Assembly: GCA_963713615.1 (NCBI GenBank)
Contig: CAVQMM010000001.1
Span: 3,584,001 to 3,648,000, forward strand
Length of the DNA stretch: 64,000 nucleotides
Reading direction: 5' to 3'
From: an uncultured Chlamydiae bacterium
Lineage (GTDB): Bacteria; Chlamydiota; Chlamydiia; Chlamydiales; JAJFMA01
Positions within the stretch are counted from its first letter, which is position 1, and every line of letters starts with the position of its first letter. Both the position numbers and the translations under genes were made by a program. Positions 1 to 9,404 of the stretch are shown in pieces. The notes beneath the pieces are model-generated. The model did not search any database. It was not told the origin of the DNA and was given only the letters and a program-made list of their open reading frames with translations.

Positions 1-471
1 GGTTTCGATGTTACCAGCGAAATTCGTTCACAAGATGTCACGAGGCATGTCTCCGAGGTATCGGCCATTCCTGCGGTACGTGAGAAGCTCGTGGCTATCC
101 AGCGCCAGTTGGCCATCGGTGTTAATGCTGTCTTTGAAGGGCGCGATATGGGATCAGTCGTTTTTCCCGACGCCGATCTCAAAATTTTCCTCGAAGGTCG
201 CATAGAAGTGCGTGCTCAACGTCGCTTTGAGGAACTTAAGCGCATACGTCCTCAAGATGTCAAAGATATGACCTTAGAGCAGGTCATGAAGGAAATTACC
301 GACCGTGATCACTATGATTCTACCAGAGAAGCCTCCCCACTAGTAAAAGCCAAAGATGCTTTTTCAGTAGATACCTCAGACCTCTCTGTGGATGAGGTTG
401 TCTTCCAGATCTTTGAATGCCGAGATCAGGTTAAATCTAAGCGTAAGCCATCGCCAGGCACCGTGGCATAA
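1..471 (+). CDS. cmk: cytidylate kinase (5'-truncated by window)
   Basis: Frame 1 is open from base 1 (GFDVTSEIRS...); motifs VFEGRDMGSVVFPDADLKIFL and RDHYDSTREASPL. Confidence 0.95.
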   Translation, partial: GFDVTSEIRSQDVTRHVSEVSAIPAVREKLVAIQRQLAIGVNAVFEGRDMGSVVFPDADLKIFLEGRIEVRAQRRFEELKRIRPQDVKDMTLEQVMKEITDRDHYDSTREASPLVKAKDAFSVDTSDLSVDEVVFQIFECRDQVKSKRKPSPGTVA

Positions 472-543
472 GCAACCTTTAACGGAAAAGCGCAAAGAAG
501 AGCTTACACTCATGTCACATAAGGTTTGTGGTGTACAAAGTCG

Positions 544-703
544 GGCCTTATTCACCTTTGCGGTCAGTTTTCGGTCGACTGCAAAAGGATCGTCTGTCGC
601 GTTTTGCTCCTCGGACATAGCTGGCGCTATGCCCTCGTCACAAACCACGACATCCGACCTTTTTCGTCCGACCGAAATTCTGACCGTAAAGGTGAACAAG
701 GCC
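544..703. mobile_element. MITE family A, 160 bp, with 8-bp target-site duplication
   Basis: Imperfect TIRs GGCCTTATTCACCTTTGCGGTCAG...CTGACCGTAAAGGTGAACAAGGCC; CAAAGTCG duplicated at 536-543 and 704-711; apparently identical copy at 42132-42291. Confidence 0.95.
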
Positions 704-852
704 CAAAGTCGTTACCAAAATGCTTGTTCGGCTTTAGGCTTTTTTATAACATATGCTCGTTACAGCTCAAAATAAACTGTAACGAGTATATGTTATATGG
801 CTTGTATTTACGGCTTTATTAACCTATTGCAAGAGGCAGGAGGACTTGGATT

Positions 853-1737
853 TTGCGCATAGAAACTTTTAAGATCATGTGGATCTATCTTATCCTTATA
901 TCCGGCAATCCTGAATTATCATCTTCTGAGAATCGCGCCAATCTTCTCGATGTCTATTTGCCCCCTATCGAACTTAAGGAGTCCTCCTCATCGATCTTTC
1001 CCATCGACTGCATCTATGTGATCAATTTGGATGCCAGGTTCGAACGGTGGCAGAGAACCGAGGCTCTATGCGCGCGGTATTCTTTAACTCCAAACCGCGT
1101 CGGTGCGGTGAATGGCTGGGCCATACCCCAGGAAGAACAGGAACGATTGGCCCTCCCTTATCCCTGCCGATTGGGAGGTGGTCAACTGGGTTGTTTGCTT
1201 AGTCATTTATCGATTTTAAAAGATGCCTGGCAGCGGAACTTTGATCTCATTTGGGTTTTAGAAGATGATGTGGAATTTATCGAAGATCCCCGGCAGTTGC
1301 CAGAACTATTAGCACAGCTTTCGCAATCGGATCCTGATTGGGACATCTTATATACGGATACCGATTTTAGGAATAAGCGGCGGGGTTATACCAGACCCCT
1401 GGATAATGACTTTCCGCCCGATTGGAAAAATGAACCACCTTTTATTTGTACTGAGCGAATTCCTATCAGTAAAGATCTGATGCGCATCAGAAGTCGGTAT
1501 GGAACCCATTCGATGCTGATCTCTAGAAGGGGTATAAAAAAAATCCGTGAATATTATGCTTCGCGTCCCCACTGGACAGCTATCGATATAGAGCTACATT
1601 ACATCCCGACGATTCGGGAATACTCCACCCGCCGCGATATTGTTTCCAATCTGCGTCATTCTCTGTCTGATACGCAGAGTAACACTATTTGGCCTTGTTC
1701 ACCTTTGCGGTCAGTTTTCGGTCGACTGCAAAGGTGA
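853..1737 (+). CDS. glycosyltransferase family 25 (LPS/LOS type); start may be ATG at 877
   Basis: YVINLDARFERW, GQLGCLLSHLSILKDA and VLEDDVEF motifs; the last 15 aa come from a mini-MITE. Confidence 0.85.
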   Translation: MRIETFKIMWIYLILISGNPELSSSENRANLLDVYLPPIELKESSSSIFPIDCIYVINLDARFERWQRTEALCARYSLTPNRVGAVNGWAIPQEEQERLALPYPCRLGGGQLGCLLSHLSILKDAWQRNFDLIWVLEDDVEFIEDPRQLPELLAQLSQSDPDWDILYTDTDFRNKRRGYTRPLDNDFPPDWKNEPPFICTERIPISKDLMRIRSRYGTHSMLISRRGIKKIREYYASRPHWTAIDIELHYIPTIREYSTRRDIVSNLRHSLSDTQSNTIWPCSPLRSVFGRLQR

Positions 1738-1745
1738 ACAAGGCT
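1691..1745. mobile_element. mini-MITE of family A, 55 bp, internally deleted
   Basis: GGCCTTGTTCACCTTTGC...GCAAAGGTGAACAAGGCT, flanked by cACTATTT / tACTATTT (7 of 8 bases duplicated). Confidence 0.85.
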
Positions 1746-1747
1746 TA

Positions 1748-3130
1748 CTATTTCGATGACTCGATTTGTTCGATAAGCCCTAGGTCGTAGAGGTCCTTTG
1801 GCTCTGCTCTGCGCTCTTTCATCTGCTTTAGCACCTGCAGAGAGCAAAATTTCACGCCTCGATAGTAAAAATAGTTATCCGGATCAAACAAGATGTCGTC
1901 CAAAGATAGGGCATGATGGGGTAGTTCGCTATTGTGGCTTTCGATGCCATCGATCCCGCAGCTGAAATCCATCGGGGCATAATGTAAAATATCTAAGTCA
2001 TGGCATTCCCGTAGTCCGTAAGCGGCTAGGACAGCCCCGCTGTCAATACAGAACCAATCTGAGTCTTTTTGGGATTCTGTCAGCCAAGCTCTGTAGGTTT
2101 CGAAGTAGCATTCGAATTGGGGGAAAATCGTTTCCTTTCTATGGTTCAGGCAATGCACGCTATTTTGGTTAAAAAGGGCGCGGGCCAGCACGATAGCCTC
2201 GAAATGGGTATCCGTGGAATGTAGGCAATCATTGCCTATCTTAAAAATGGCGCGAATTTTGGTTTTACAGGCTTGTATCAAAGCCAACCCGTCGGCTTCT
2301 AGGAGATAGACGCGTACTGGATTGGAAGCGGTCAAGTTTTCGGGAAAGCAGGCTTTGGCCTTGTTGCGCGCGCTACGATAGCTGTTTTGCCGTCCTTCTT
2401 GCACGAAAGGTTCATGCTCATATGCCGTCAGAATTAATTGGAATCCTCCCTGAACAGTGAAGGGGATTTCCTTTTTGTAAACGATATGCGCGTAGTTTTT
2501 GATGATCCTTTCGACCTTTTTGGCGTGACCGACCGCAGAGGGAAAGATTGTCAGGATGTATGAATTAGGCTTGAGCTCGCAATACTGCAAAGCCATGGCA
2601 TCGAGATATTTGGAATCGAGTCCGCGCTCTTGGAAGTACCTGAAATCATACGCATCGCAAGCTTCAGGTAGATCTTGAACGGTTAGTTTTTTATTGTACA
2701 GCACGCAGGAGGTCACGCGGTGCGCGCCATTGCAGATCACTCCATTAGATCCACGTGGAACGGCATGCGACGCATTAAATCCATTCAGCTTAATATCATC
2801 CAGTAAACAGTCAAAAGCATTGAAATATGCTTCAAAACCATTTTTAGGTGGTTCGTATTCCCAAAATTGATTCCATACCTCCAGGTGGTGGTAATAGAGA
2901 TCGCGCCCAAAGGGGCAACGGGTTTTCCATTCCCTATGTTTCGCGTAGATATATTTGGCCATGAGATCGGCCCGTAAAGGAGAAACTACATCCAGAGCTG
3001 AAATTTCGGTATAGTTGTTAATCCGTTTTAGATGCCCATGGGCATCGTTCAAAGAGAGGCAAAGCAACATAGTGATTAAAACAACTGTCAGGGTCATGGA
3101 TCGGACTTGTATCAGTGGGGCTGGATTCAT
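1748..3130 (-). CDS. hypothetical protein: signal-peptide-like N-terminus, ParB/Srx-like segment, C-terminal nucleotidyltransferase-like domain
   Basis: NGAHRVTSC (ParB-like GxHR); IDSGAVLAAYGLRECHDLDIL (NTase-like G[S/A]...DxD); C-terminal KDLYD. Confidence 0.6.
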   Translation of the reverse strand: MNPAPLIQVRSMTLTVVLITMLLCLSLNDAHGHLKRINNYTEISALDVVSPLRADLMAKYIYAKHREWKTRCPFGRDLYYHHLEVWNQFWEYEPPKNGFEAYFNAFDCLLDDIKLNGFNASHAVPRGSNGVICNGAHRVTSCVLYNKKLTVQDLPEACDAYDFRYFQERGLDSKYLDAMALQYCELKPNSYILTIFPSAVGHAKKVERIIKNYAHIVYKKEIPFTVQGGFQLILTAYEHEPFVQEGRQNSYRSARNKAKACFPENLTASNPVRVYLLEADGLALIQACKTKIRAIFKIGNDCLHSTDTHFEAIVLARALFNQNSVHCLNHRKETIFPQFECYFETYRAWLTESQKDSDWFCIDSGAVLAAYGLRECHDLDILHYAPMDFSCGIDGIESHNSELPHHALSLDDILFDPDNYFYYRGVKFCSLQVLKQMKERRAEPKDLYDLGLIEQIESSK

Positions 3131-3164
3131 GTTTTTTACCTTGAAATGTCGTATTGGAGGAAAA

Positions 3165-3196
3165 GGCCTTGTTCATCTTTGCGGTCAGATTCGGTC
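3165..3196. repeat. isolated end of family A MITE
   Basis: GGCCTTGTTCATCTTTGCGGTCAGATTCGGTC matches the family A TIR. Confidence 0.7.
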
Positions 3197-3471
3197 AGTC
3201 TCTCAGGACACCCCCTATTGCCCAATATGTGCCTCTTCGAAGATGGGGATGGAGATGAACTGCTATCCCTAATTTATCATTGAAAAACGACTTTTATCCA
3301 ATCTTTAAGGCACTATTGTAATCTTAGAGTCTCAAAGCACCATATTGGTGTAGTCAACAGTAAAATGTTGGCTATCCGGAAGTGGAGATATGAGGATGGG
3401 TTCTTCCATTTTTTGGAAGAATCCCCTCCCCCTATGGGGGTTTATAGAACGAGTTTTGTTTAGGAGATCAC

Positions 3472-4857
3472 ATGCAAGCATTTCTACGCGATGACCTATG
3501 GTCAAAACGCTGTCTGCATCAGGCAGAGGCACTTGCAGAGGCGGGAGAATCGTTATTTAAGGTAGAGGCACGCATCACCTTTCTCGCTGCAGCATTAGTA
3601 TCGACGGCTCAGGCTGCCACCTTTGTGGGAATTTCCGCTATTGCCTTTGTGGCACACGTGTTCTTTTCGGTTGTTAATGCATTGGTGGATTTTGATCTGG
3701 CGCATACCGTGACGGAGTATTTTTATGACTCATTCAGTAAACTCAGAGGCTCTATTCTGGATGCTATCGTCGCCATGCTTAGTGCTACGACGCACACAGG
3801 CATTTCTAAAGGCATGGAAGCCTGGTTGGGAGGCCGTGTGAACCTCGATTGGAGCGATTTTAAAAATGAGGAGATTCGCAAGTTTGCTAAGCGCGTGGAT
3901 ACCGCTCGCCAGAAACATCTAGGAGCCGTTTCACCTGAAGAACAATGTAGAATTGGAAAGACCATCAAGCGGGTGGATGCTCTAGGTAAGACATATTCTT
4001 CAGACTTATACTTCGACGCGATGACAAATGATATTAAGGCCAAGGTTCAAGGGCTTATCGTGGAAGCGGATCGCAGAATCAACAGTCCGACAGCTACTGA
4101 CGTCCAGAAATACGAAATTCAGCAAGATGCCATGCAGCGCATCAGCACCTTCACCCGCAAAAAGATCAATAAACTGAATGGACTTCCCATGAGCTATCTA
4201 GAAGTGGCTGATTACCGCATGCAGAAAGCTGAAAAGCTTCAAGAACGTGCTACGAAGTTCTTTCATAAACAGGCCAATGTGGCTGCGGAGCTTGAACACC
4301 GTAGCAATCCGCAAAAATTTGACGTAGAAGCATATCATCAACGTCGAGAGGGCGTTATTAAGAGTATTCAACAGGGCTTTCATGGCAATCTAGTTGGTCT
4401 TCGCAGAAAATATCACTCTTTTAGGGACTCCTGGAGGACTAAGGTTGCAGACGTCAAAACGCAAGAATCGGAATTGAAAAGTCAATATCATAGCTACCAA
4501 CGCTGGCTTTCCCTAGGAGGCTTGTTCTTAAGCCAGGAAACGCGTGATCAATATGAAGCAGCGGTAGCTGAGCTAAAACCAAAGATTCAGCAAATGGAAA
4601 CCGCGCGTTTTCAGGCTATTCGCAGCATTAGAAGCGGAGCCTTCAGATCTTTTGAAGGGAAACAACTGAGCTGTGATGGCTACTTTAACAAGCAGGTTGC
4701 TGCCGGTGGGAATATCCTCGGCCAGGTAAACAAACTTGTCGCCCCTAGCCTTTCGCGGCGTCTATTTCGGGGGATTGTCAAACCCATCGCTAGCTTAGGT
4801 GGCCAAGCGCTTGTTCAGGGCTTGGAGAGTGTGCTCGACCCCGACGTCAAGCGGTAG
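3472..4857 (+). CDS. hypothetical protein, Inc-like/effector candidate (paralog of 9405-10487)
   Basis: ~45-aa N-terminal hydrophobic stretch followed by a charged helical region; shares DLYFD-M, QKFD and a C-terminal DP motif with ORF 9405. Confidence 0.7.
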   Translation: MQAFLRDDLWSKRCLHQAEALAEAGESLFKVEARITFLAAALVSTAQAATFVGISAIAFVAHVFFSVVNALVDFDLAHTVTEYFYDSFSKLRGSILDAIVAMLSATTHTGISKGMEAWLGGRVNLDWSDFKNEEIRKFAKRVDTARQKHLGAVSPEEQCRIGKTIKRVDALGKTYSSDLYFDAMTNDIKAKVQGLIVEADRRINSPTATDVQKYEIQQDAMQRISTFTRKKINKLNGLPMSYLEVADYRMQKAEKLQERATKFFHKQANVAAELEHRSNPQKFDVEAYHQRREGVIKSIQQGFHGNLVGLRRKYHSFRDSWRTKVADVKTQESELKSQYHSYQRWLSLGGLFLSQETRDQYEAAVAELKPKIQQMETARFQAIRSIRSGAFRSFEGKQLSCDGYFNKQVAAGGNILGQVNKLVAPSLSRRLFRGIVKPIASLGGQALVQGLESVLDPDVKR

Positions 4858-5189
4858 AGGGGGAGGGAATAGGAATTTTTACCACAGAGGACACAGAGAC
4901 GCCGAGATAGGAAGAGAGAGGATGAGGAGAGAGGATGAGGAGAGAGGGTTAGGAGAGAAAAAATGTCCAATCAGTCCAGTCAGTCCATTTCGTCCAATCA
5001 GTCCATTTTAGCATAGGTGAAAATGGACTTTATGGACTTTATGGACAATATGGACCGACTGGACTGATTGGACATTTTTTCTCTCCTAACCCTCTTTCCT
5101 CTTCCTAATCCTCTCTCTCCTATCTCGGCGTCTCTGTGTCCTCTGTGGTAAAAATTCCCCTCCCTCCCCTCCTTCTCTCCCTTCCTCTC
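4858..5189. repeat. palindromic repeat family B with nested family C core
   Basis: Arms TTTTTACCACAGAGGACACAGAGACGCCGAGATAGG / CCTATCTCGGCGTCTCTGTGTCCTCTGTGGTAAAAA; inner ~9-bp GTCCA / TGGAC arrays around CCATTTT-AGCATAGGTG-AAAATGG. Confidence 0.9.
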
Positions 5190-6224
5190 TCACTCGAAGA
5201 GTCGGGTCACCTTGGGCCTCACAAAGACCTGGTCGGACTTTTTGAGCTGGAGCGATTCGACGGCATCTTTAGAGATTTCAGCCTGTAAGATAGAGCCATT
5301 GGTGCGTTCGAGTTCAAGCTTAACCAACGGGCCAGCTGGGTTGATGTGCACGACAATGGCTCTGATCGATTGGTGATGGTCGGACCTGCGGGAGATGATC
5401 ATCTCATGCGGGCGGGCGAACAGCTTAACAGTAGGATGTGAGGTATCGCCTGGCTCAGAGAAATGCAGCTCCCCTTGGTCATCTTTCCAGCCATCCAGGA
5501 CGTTGTAGTTGCCTAAAAAGTCGTAGACGAAGCTGCTGGCTGGCGTGTGGTAGACTTGCTCTGGCGTGCCAATCTGTTCGATGTGGCCACTGTTCAGTAC
5601 AGCGACTCTGTCGGCTACTTCCATGGCCTCTTCTTGGTCGTGGGTGACGAAGATGTTGGTGATATGAATCTCATCGTGAAGACGGCGTATCCATCGTCGA
5701 AGCTCTCGGCGCACTTTGGCATCCAGCGCCCCAAAGGGCTCATCAAGCAGTAGGACTGTAGGTTCAACAGCTAGTGCTCGAGCGAGAGCGACACGTTGGC
5801 GCTGTCCTCCGGATAACTGGGCTGGATACCGATGTGCAAAGCCATCCAGGTGTAGCAGGGTGAGCAGCTCGTTAACTCTAGCATGAATTTTATCCGTCGA
5901 AGGCCTGCTGTGCTTCGGTCGAATGGTGAGGCCAAAGGCGATATTCTCCAGAACGGTCATATGCTTAAAGAGGGCATAATGCTGAAAAACAAAGCCGACA
6001 CGGCGGTCTCGGATGTTTTTATAGTGGCTGGGCTCACCGTCGATATACACCTCACCAGAATCTGGATAATCTAATCCTGCGATGATTCTCAGCAAGGTCG
6101 TTTTGCCAGAGCCTGATGGGCCTAGAAGGGCAAGCAGCTCACCGGTCATGATCTCTAGATTGATATCTTGGAGAACAACGACGTTGCCAAATTTCTTGCG
6201 GATGTTTTTAAGTACTATGCCCAC
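5190..6224 (-). CDS. cysA: sulfate/thiosulfate ABC transporter ATP-binding protein
   Basis: [36 protein letters not shown]-terminal TOBE-like region; operon context. Confidence 0.95.
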   Translation of the reverse strand: MGIVLKNIRKKFGNVVVLQDINLEIMTGELLALLGPSGSGKTTLLRIIAGLDYPDSGEVYIDGEPSHYKNIRDRRVGFVFQHYALFKHMTVLENIAFGLTIRPKHSRPSTDKIHARVNELLTLLHLDGFAHRYPAQLSGGQRQRVALARALAVEPTVLLLDEPFGALDAKVRRELRRWIRRLHDEIHITNIFVTHDQEEAMEVADRVAVLNSGHIEQIGTPEQVYHTPASSFVYDFLGNYNVLDGWKDDQGELHFSEPGDTSHPTVKLFARPHEMIISRRSDHHQSIRAIVVHINPAGPLVKLELERTNGSILQAEISKDAVESLQLKKSDQVFVRPKVTRLFE

Positions 6225-6231
6225 AGGACAC

Positions 6232-7080
6232 CTATATCGTTTTACGATATGTAGAGAACTTTATTTCGAAAAGATATTTCATCAACAGGGTAAGCAGAGC
6301 CAAAAAGGTCAAGGTCGATGCCATAGCAAAGGCAGCGACAAAGTTATATTCGTTGTATAAGAGCTCGACATGCAGCGGAATGGTATCCGTGTAGCCTTCG
6401 ATGTGTCCTGAGACCACTGAAACGGCCCCGAATTCTCCCATGGCGCGTGCATTGCAAAGCAGGACGCCATACAGCAGGCCCCATTTGATGTTCGGTAGGG
6501 TAACGCGTAGGAAGGTCTGAAAGCCGTTAGCGCCCAACAAAATGGAGGCTTCTTCTTCCTCGATGCCTTGCTCTTCCATGAGAGGAATAAGCTCGCGAGC
6601 GACGTAAGGAAACGTCACAAACATGGTCGCTAAAACGATGCCTGGTACGGCAAAAATGATCTGAATATCGTGCGCATCCAGCCATTGTCCAATCAGTGTA
6701 TGTGTGCCAAACATTAGCACATAGATAAGGCCAGAGATCACTGGTGACACCGATATGGGCAAGTCAATCAGGGCTATAAGAATCGCTTTACCACGAAAAT
6801 CGAACTTAGTAATCGCCCAGGAAGCGGCGATGCCAAAAATCATATTTAGCGGAACGGCGATAGCTGCTACGAGCAGAGTGAGCTTGATGGCATCCAGAGC
6901 TTCAGGTTGCACTAAGGCGGTCACGTAGCTGTTCAGACCCTCGCGAAATGCCTCATAAAAGATGACAGCTAAGGGAAAGACGACGACGATTCCCAAGTAG
7001 AGCAGGGCTGTGGCGATCAAGACGAAGCGAATCGATGATGTCTCAGTGGTTGGTAAGCAGGGTTTGAGTTGATCGTTCAT
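6232..7080 (-). CDS. cysW: sulfate ABC transporter permease CysW
   Basis: [46 protein letters not shown]. Confidence 0.95.
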   Translation of the reverse strand: MNDQLKPCLPTTETSSIRFVLIATALLYLGIVVVFPLAVIFYEAFREGLNSYVTALVQPEALDAIKLTLLVAAIAVPLNMIFGIAASWAITKFDFRGKAILIALIDLPISVSPVISGLIYVLMFGTHTLIGQWLDAHDIQIIFAVPGIVLATMFVTFPYVARELIPLMEEQGIEEEEASILLGANGFQTFLRVTLPNIKWGLLYGVLLCNARAMGEFGAVSVVSGHIEGYTDTIPLHVELLYNEYNFVAAFAMASTLTFLALLTLLMKYLFEIKFSTYRKTI

Positions 7081-7086
7081 AGGCTC

Positions 7087-7926
7087 TTACCTCACCAGCC
7101 GGCTTGCAGACCATTTTTGGAGAACGTTAATCAGCAGCAATAGGGCGAAGGAGGCCACCAACATCACTCCCGCGATAGCTGTAGCTGCTGGAATATTGTA
7201 TTCCTCCAATTCGATGATGATGACTAGGGGAACGATTTCCGATACTAATGGGACGTTGCCTGCGATGAAGATAACAGAACCATATTCCCCCAAGCCCCGC
7301 GCGAAAGCCATAGCGAAGCCCGTCAATAGGGCTGGATAGATTGTCGGGAAGATTACCCTGATAAACGTTTGTGTACGCGAGGCTCCCAAGCTAGCGGCAG
7401 CCTCTTCCATATCCCTGTCGACTTCCTGAAGCACTGGCTCGATCGTTCGCACGACGAATGGTAGGCCTACAAAGATCAAGGCGACAGCAATCCCCAATGG
7501 TGTGAACGCCACATGAATGCCTAGGGGTTCCAGGAGGCGTCCAATCCATCCATTAGGAGCATAAAGAGCGCTGAGGGCTATGCCTGCAACTGCCGTAGGC
7601 AGGGCAAAGGGGAGGTCGATGATGGCATCCACCCAACGTTTACCTGGAAAAGGATAGCGCACCAATACCCATGCGATGATCATCCCAAAGAAAGCATTGA
7701 TCAATGCGGCGACGAAGGCCATCCCAAAGCTGACTTGAAAGGCTGAGCGCACGCGCGGGGACGAGATAATCTTCCACACTTCCGTCCAGGATAGTGCAGA
7801 AGCCTCAATAAATAACCCCGAGAGGGGGATGAGCACCAAGGCAGTGAGGTATACGAGTGTAAAACCCATGGTAACGCGAAAGCCTGGAAGGACGTTAGTA
7901 CCTCGAAATGTCTGTGTCAACGCCAT
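7087..7926 (-). CDS. cysT: sulfate ABC transporter permease CysT
   Basis: VLPGF, DLPFALPTAVAGIAL, FARGLGEYGSVIFIAGN. Confidence 0.95.
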   Translation of the reverse strand: MALTQTFRGTNVLPGFRVTMGFTLVYLTALVLIPLSGLFIEASALSWTEVWKIISSPRVRSAFQVSFGMAFVAALINAFFGMIIAWVLVRYPFPGKRWVDAIIDLPFALPTAVAGIALSALYAPNGWIGRLLEPLGIHVAFTPLGIAVALIFVGLPFVVRTIEPVLQEVDRDMEEAAASLGASRTQTFIRVIFPTIYPALLTGFAMAFARGLGEYGSVIFIAGNVPLVSEIVPLVIIIELEEYNIPAATAIAGVMLVASFALLLLINVLQKWSASRLVR

Positions 7927-8930
7927 TAGCCTCCATATCTATGCAAGACCACTTGGTCAAACGTGCCTCCATCGGCAAAGTGTGTTTTTTGCGCCTCTTG
8001 CCATCCGCCAAAGTCCTGGATAGTCAACATGGGAATCTTCGGGAACATTTTCCTGTATGCGGTGGCGATCAGCGGATCTCGTGGTCGATAGAAGTGCTTG
8101 GCGATGAGGCGTTGTCCTTCCTGGCTGTAGAGCTGTTTCAGGTAGGCTTCTGCAATGGCACGCGAATGACGCTTGTCCACGACGGTGTCTACGATGGCAA
8201 CAGGCGGTTCGGTTAAGATACTTAATGAAGGCCTGACCAGCTCACAGGTGTCTCGGCAGACCCCATGCAGGACCAGTAGAGCTTCGTTTTCCCAGGCGAT
8301 GAGAACATCGCCGATATCGCGTTCGACAAAAGTTGTGGTAGCCTCGCGCGATCCTGTGGTCAAGATAGGCACATTGGCATAGAGCCTGGTTACGAAGTTC
8401 ATGGCTCTCGCTTGATCATTGTTCCAGCGCTTTAACGCGTAGCCATAGGCCGCTAGATAGCTCCAACGGGCTGCACCCGAAGTTTTAGGATTAGGTGTCA
8501 ACACGGAAACGCCCGGTTTCAAAAGATCTGGCCAGTCGTGGATGCCTTTTGGATTGCCCTTGCGCACCACAAAGACAATGGTGGAAGTGTAGGGACAGCT
8601 ATCATGAGGAAGGCGACTTTGCCAATTGGCAGCCATGAGGCCATGTGCTGCAATGATGTCGATGTCATAGGCGAGACCCAAGCTAACAACATCTGCTGGT
8701 AAACCATTGATCACTGCGCGTGCCTGGGTTGCTGACCCTGCATGCGAGTGGGTGACCGTGATCTCCTGACCCGTTTGCTGTTTCCAGTAGCTTTCGAAAT
8801 AGTGATTGAAATCGTTGTACAATTCGCGCGTGGGATCATACGAAACATTAAGGATGCGTGTTGGTGAGTCATTGGCCCAACAGAGCAGGGGAGCCACAAG
8901 CCAGAGCATGATGTAAAGCTGACGTAGCAC
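7926..8930 (-). CDS. sbp: sulfate ABC transporter substrate-binding protein
   Basis: Signal peptide; LNVSYDPTRELY, PYTSTIVFVVRKGNPKGIHDW, PNPKTSG, HFADGGTFD. Confidence 0.95.
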   Translation of the reverse strand: MLRQLYIMLWLVAPLLCWANDSPTRILNVSYDPTRELYNDFNHYFESYWKQQTGQEITVTHSHAGSATQARAVINGLPADVVSLGLAYDIDIIAAHGLMAANWQSRLPHDSCPYTSTIVFVVRKGNPKGIHDWPDLLKPGVSVLTPNPKTSGAARWSYLAAYGYALKRWNNDQARAMNFVTRLYANVPILTTGSREATTTFVERDIGDVLIAWENEALLVLHGVCRDTCELVRPSLSILTEPPVAIVDTVVDKRHSRAIAEAYLKQLYSQEGQRLIAKHFYRPRDPLIATAYRKMFPKIPMLTIQDFGGWQEAQKTHFADGGTFDQVVLHRYGG

Positions 8931-8994
8931 TAAGGTCTCTCCTGTGTAGCGTTAGCAGCTCATATAACCTTTTTTGGCGCAAAGACGCAATGGC

Positions 8995-9288
8995 TACGGT
9001 TCGTTTAGCTTTTTAGGAGTAAACACGGATGCACACGGATCTAGGAGGATTTAGGAGGATAGGATGGAAAACTAGTTCATTATTCAAAAACGATAAAAAT
9101 GGTTTTAGGATGGAATGCATCCATTCCATCTTAAAAATCAATTTTATTGTTTTAGGTTGACGAACCGTATTTGCCATCCTATCCTCCTAAATCCTCCTAG
9201 ATCCGTGTGCATCCGTGTTTACTCCTAAAAAGCAAAACGAACCGTATTTGCACATCCTAGATCCGTGCATCCATGTTACTCCTAAAAA
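8995..9288. repeat. palindromic repeat family D (CACGGATGCACACGGAT), copy 1
   Basis: Inverted arms ACGGTTCGTTTAGCTTTTTAGGAGTAAACACGGATGCACACGGATCTAGGAGGATTTAGGAGGA around an AT-rich palindromic core; four copies in the window. Confidence 0.95.
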
Positions 9289-9333
9289 TGGCACAGACCA
9301 CCATCAAGAACGTTTTTTAAATACAGGGAGAGT

Positions 9334-9387
9334 TTGACTAATTAAGTTATAACGCGTTATAATGCTACCCCTTCCGGTATATACCGG
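9334..9387 (+). promoter_or_regulatory. sigma66/sigma70-like promoter with overlapping palindromes
   Basis: TTGACT-N18-TATAAT (9334-9363); perfect palindromes TTATAACGCGTTATAA (9347-9362) and CCGGTATATACCGG (9374-9387). Confidence 0.55.
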
Positions 9388-9404
9388 GAGTTGGGAGAGG
9401 AGTA

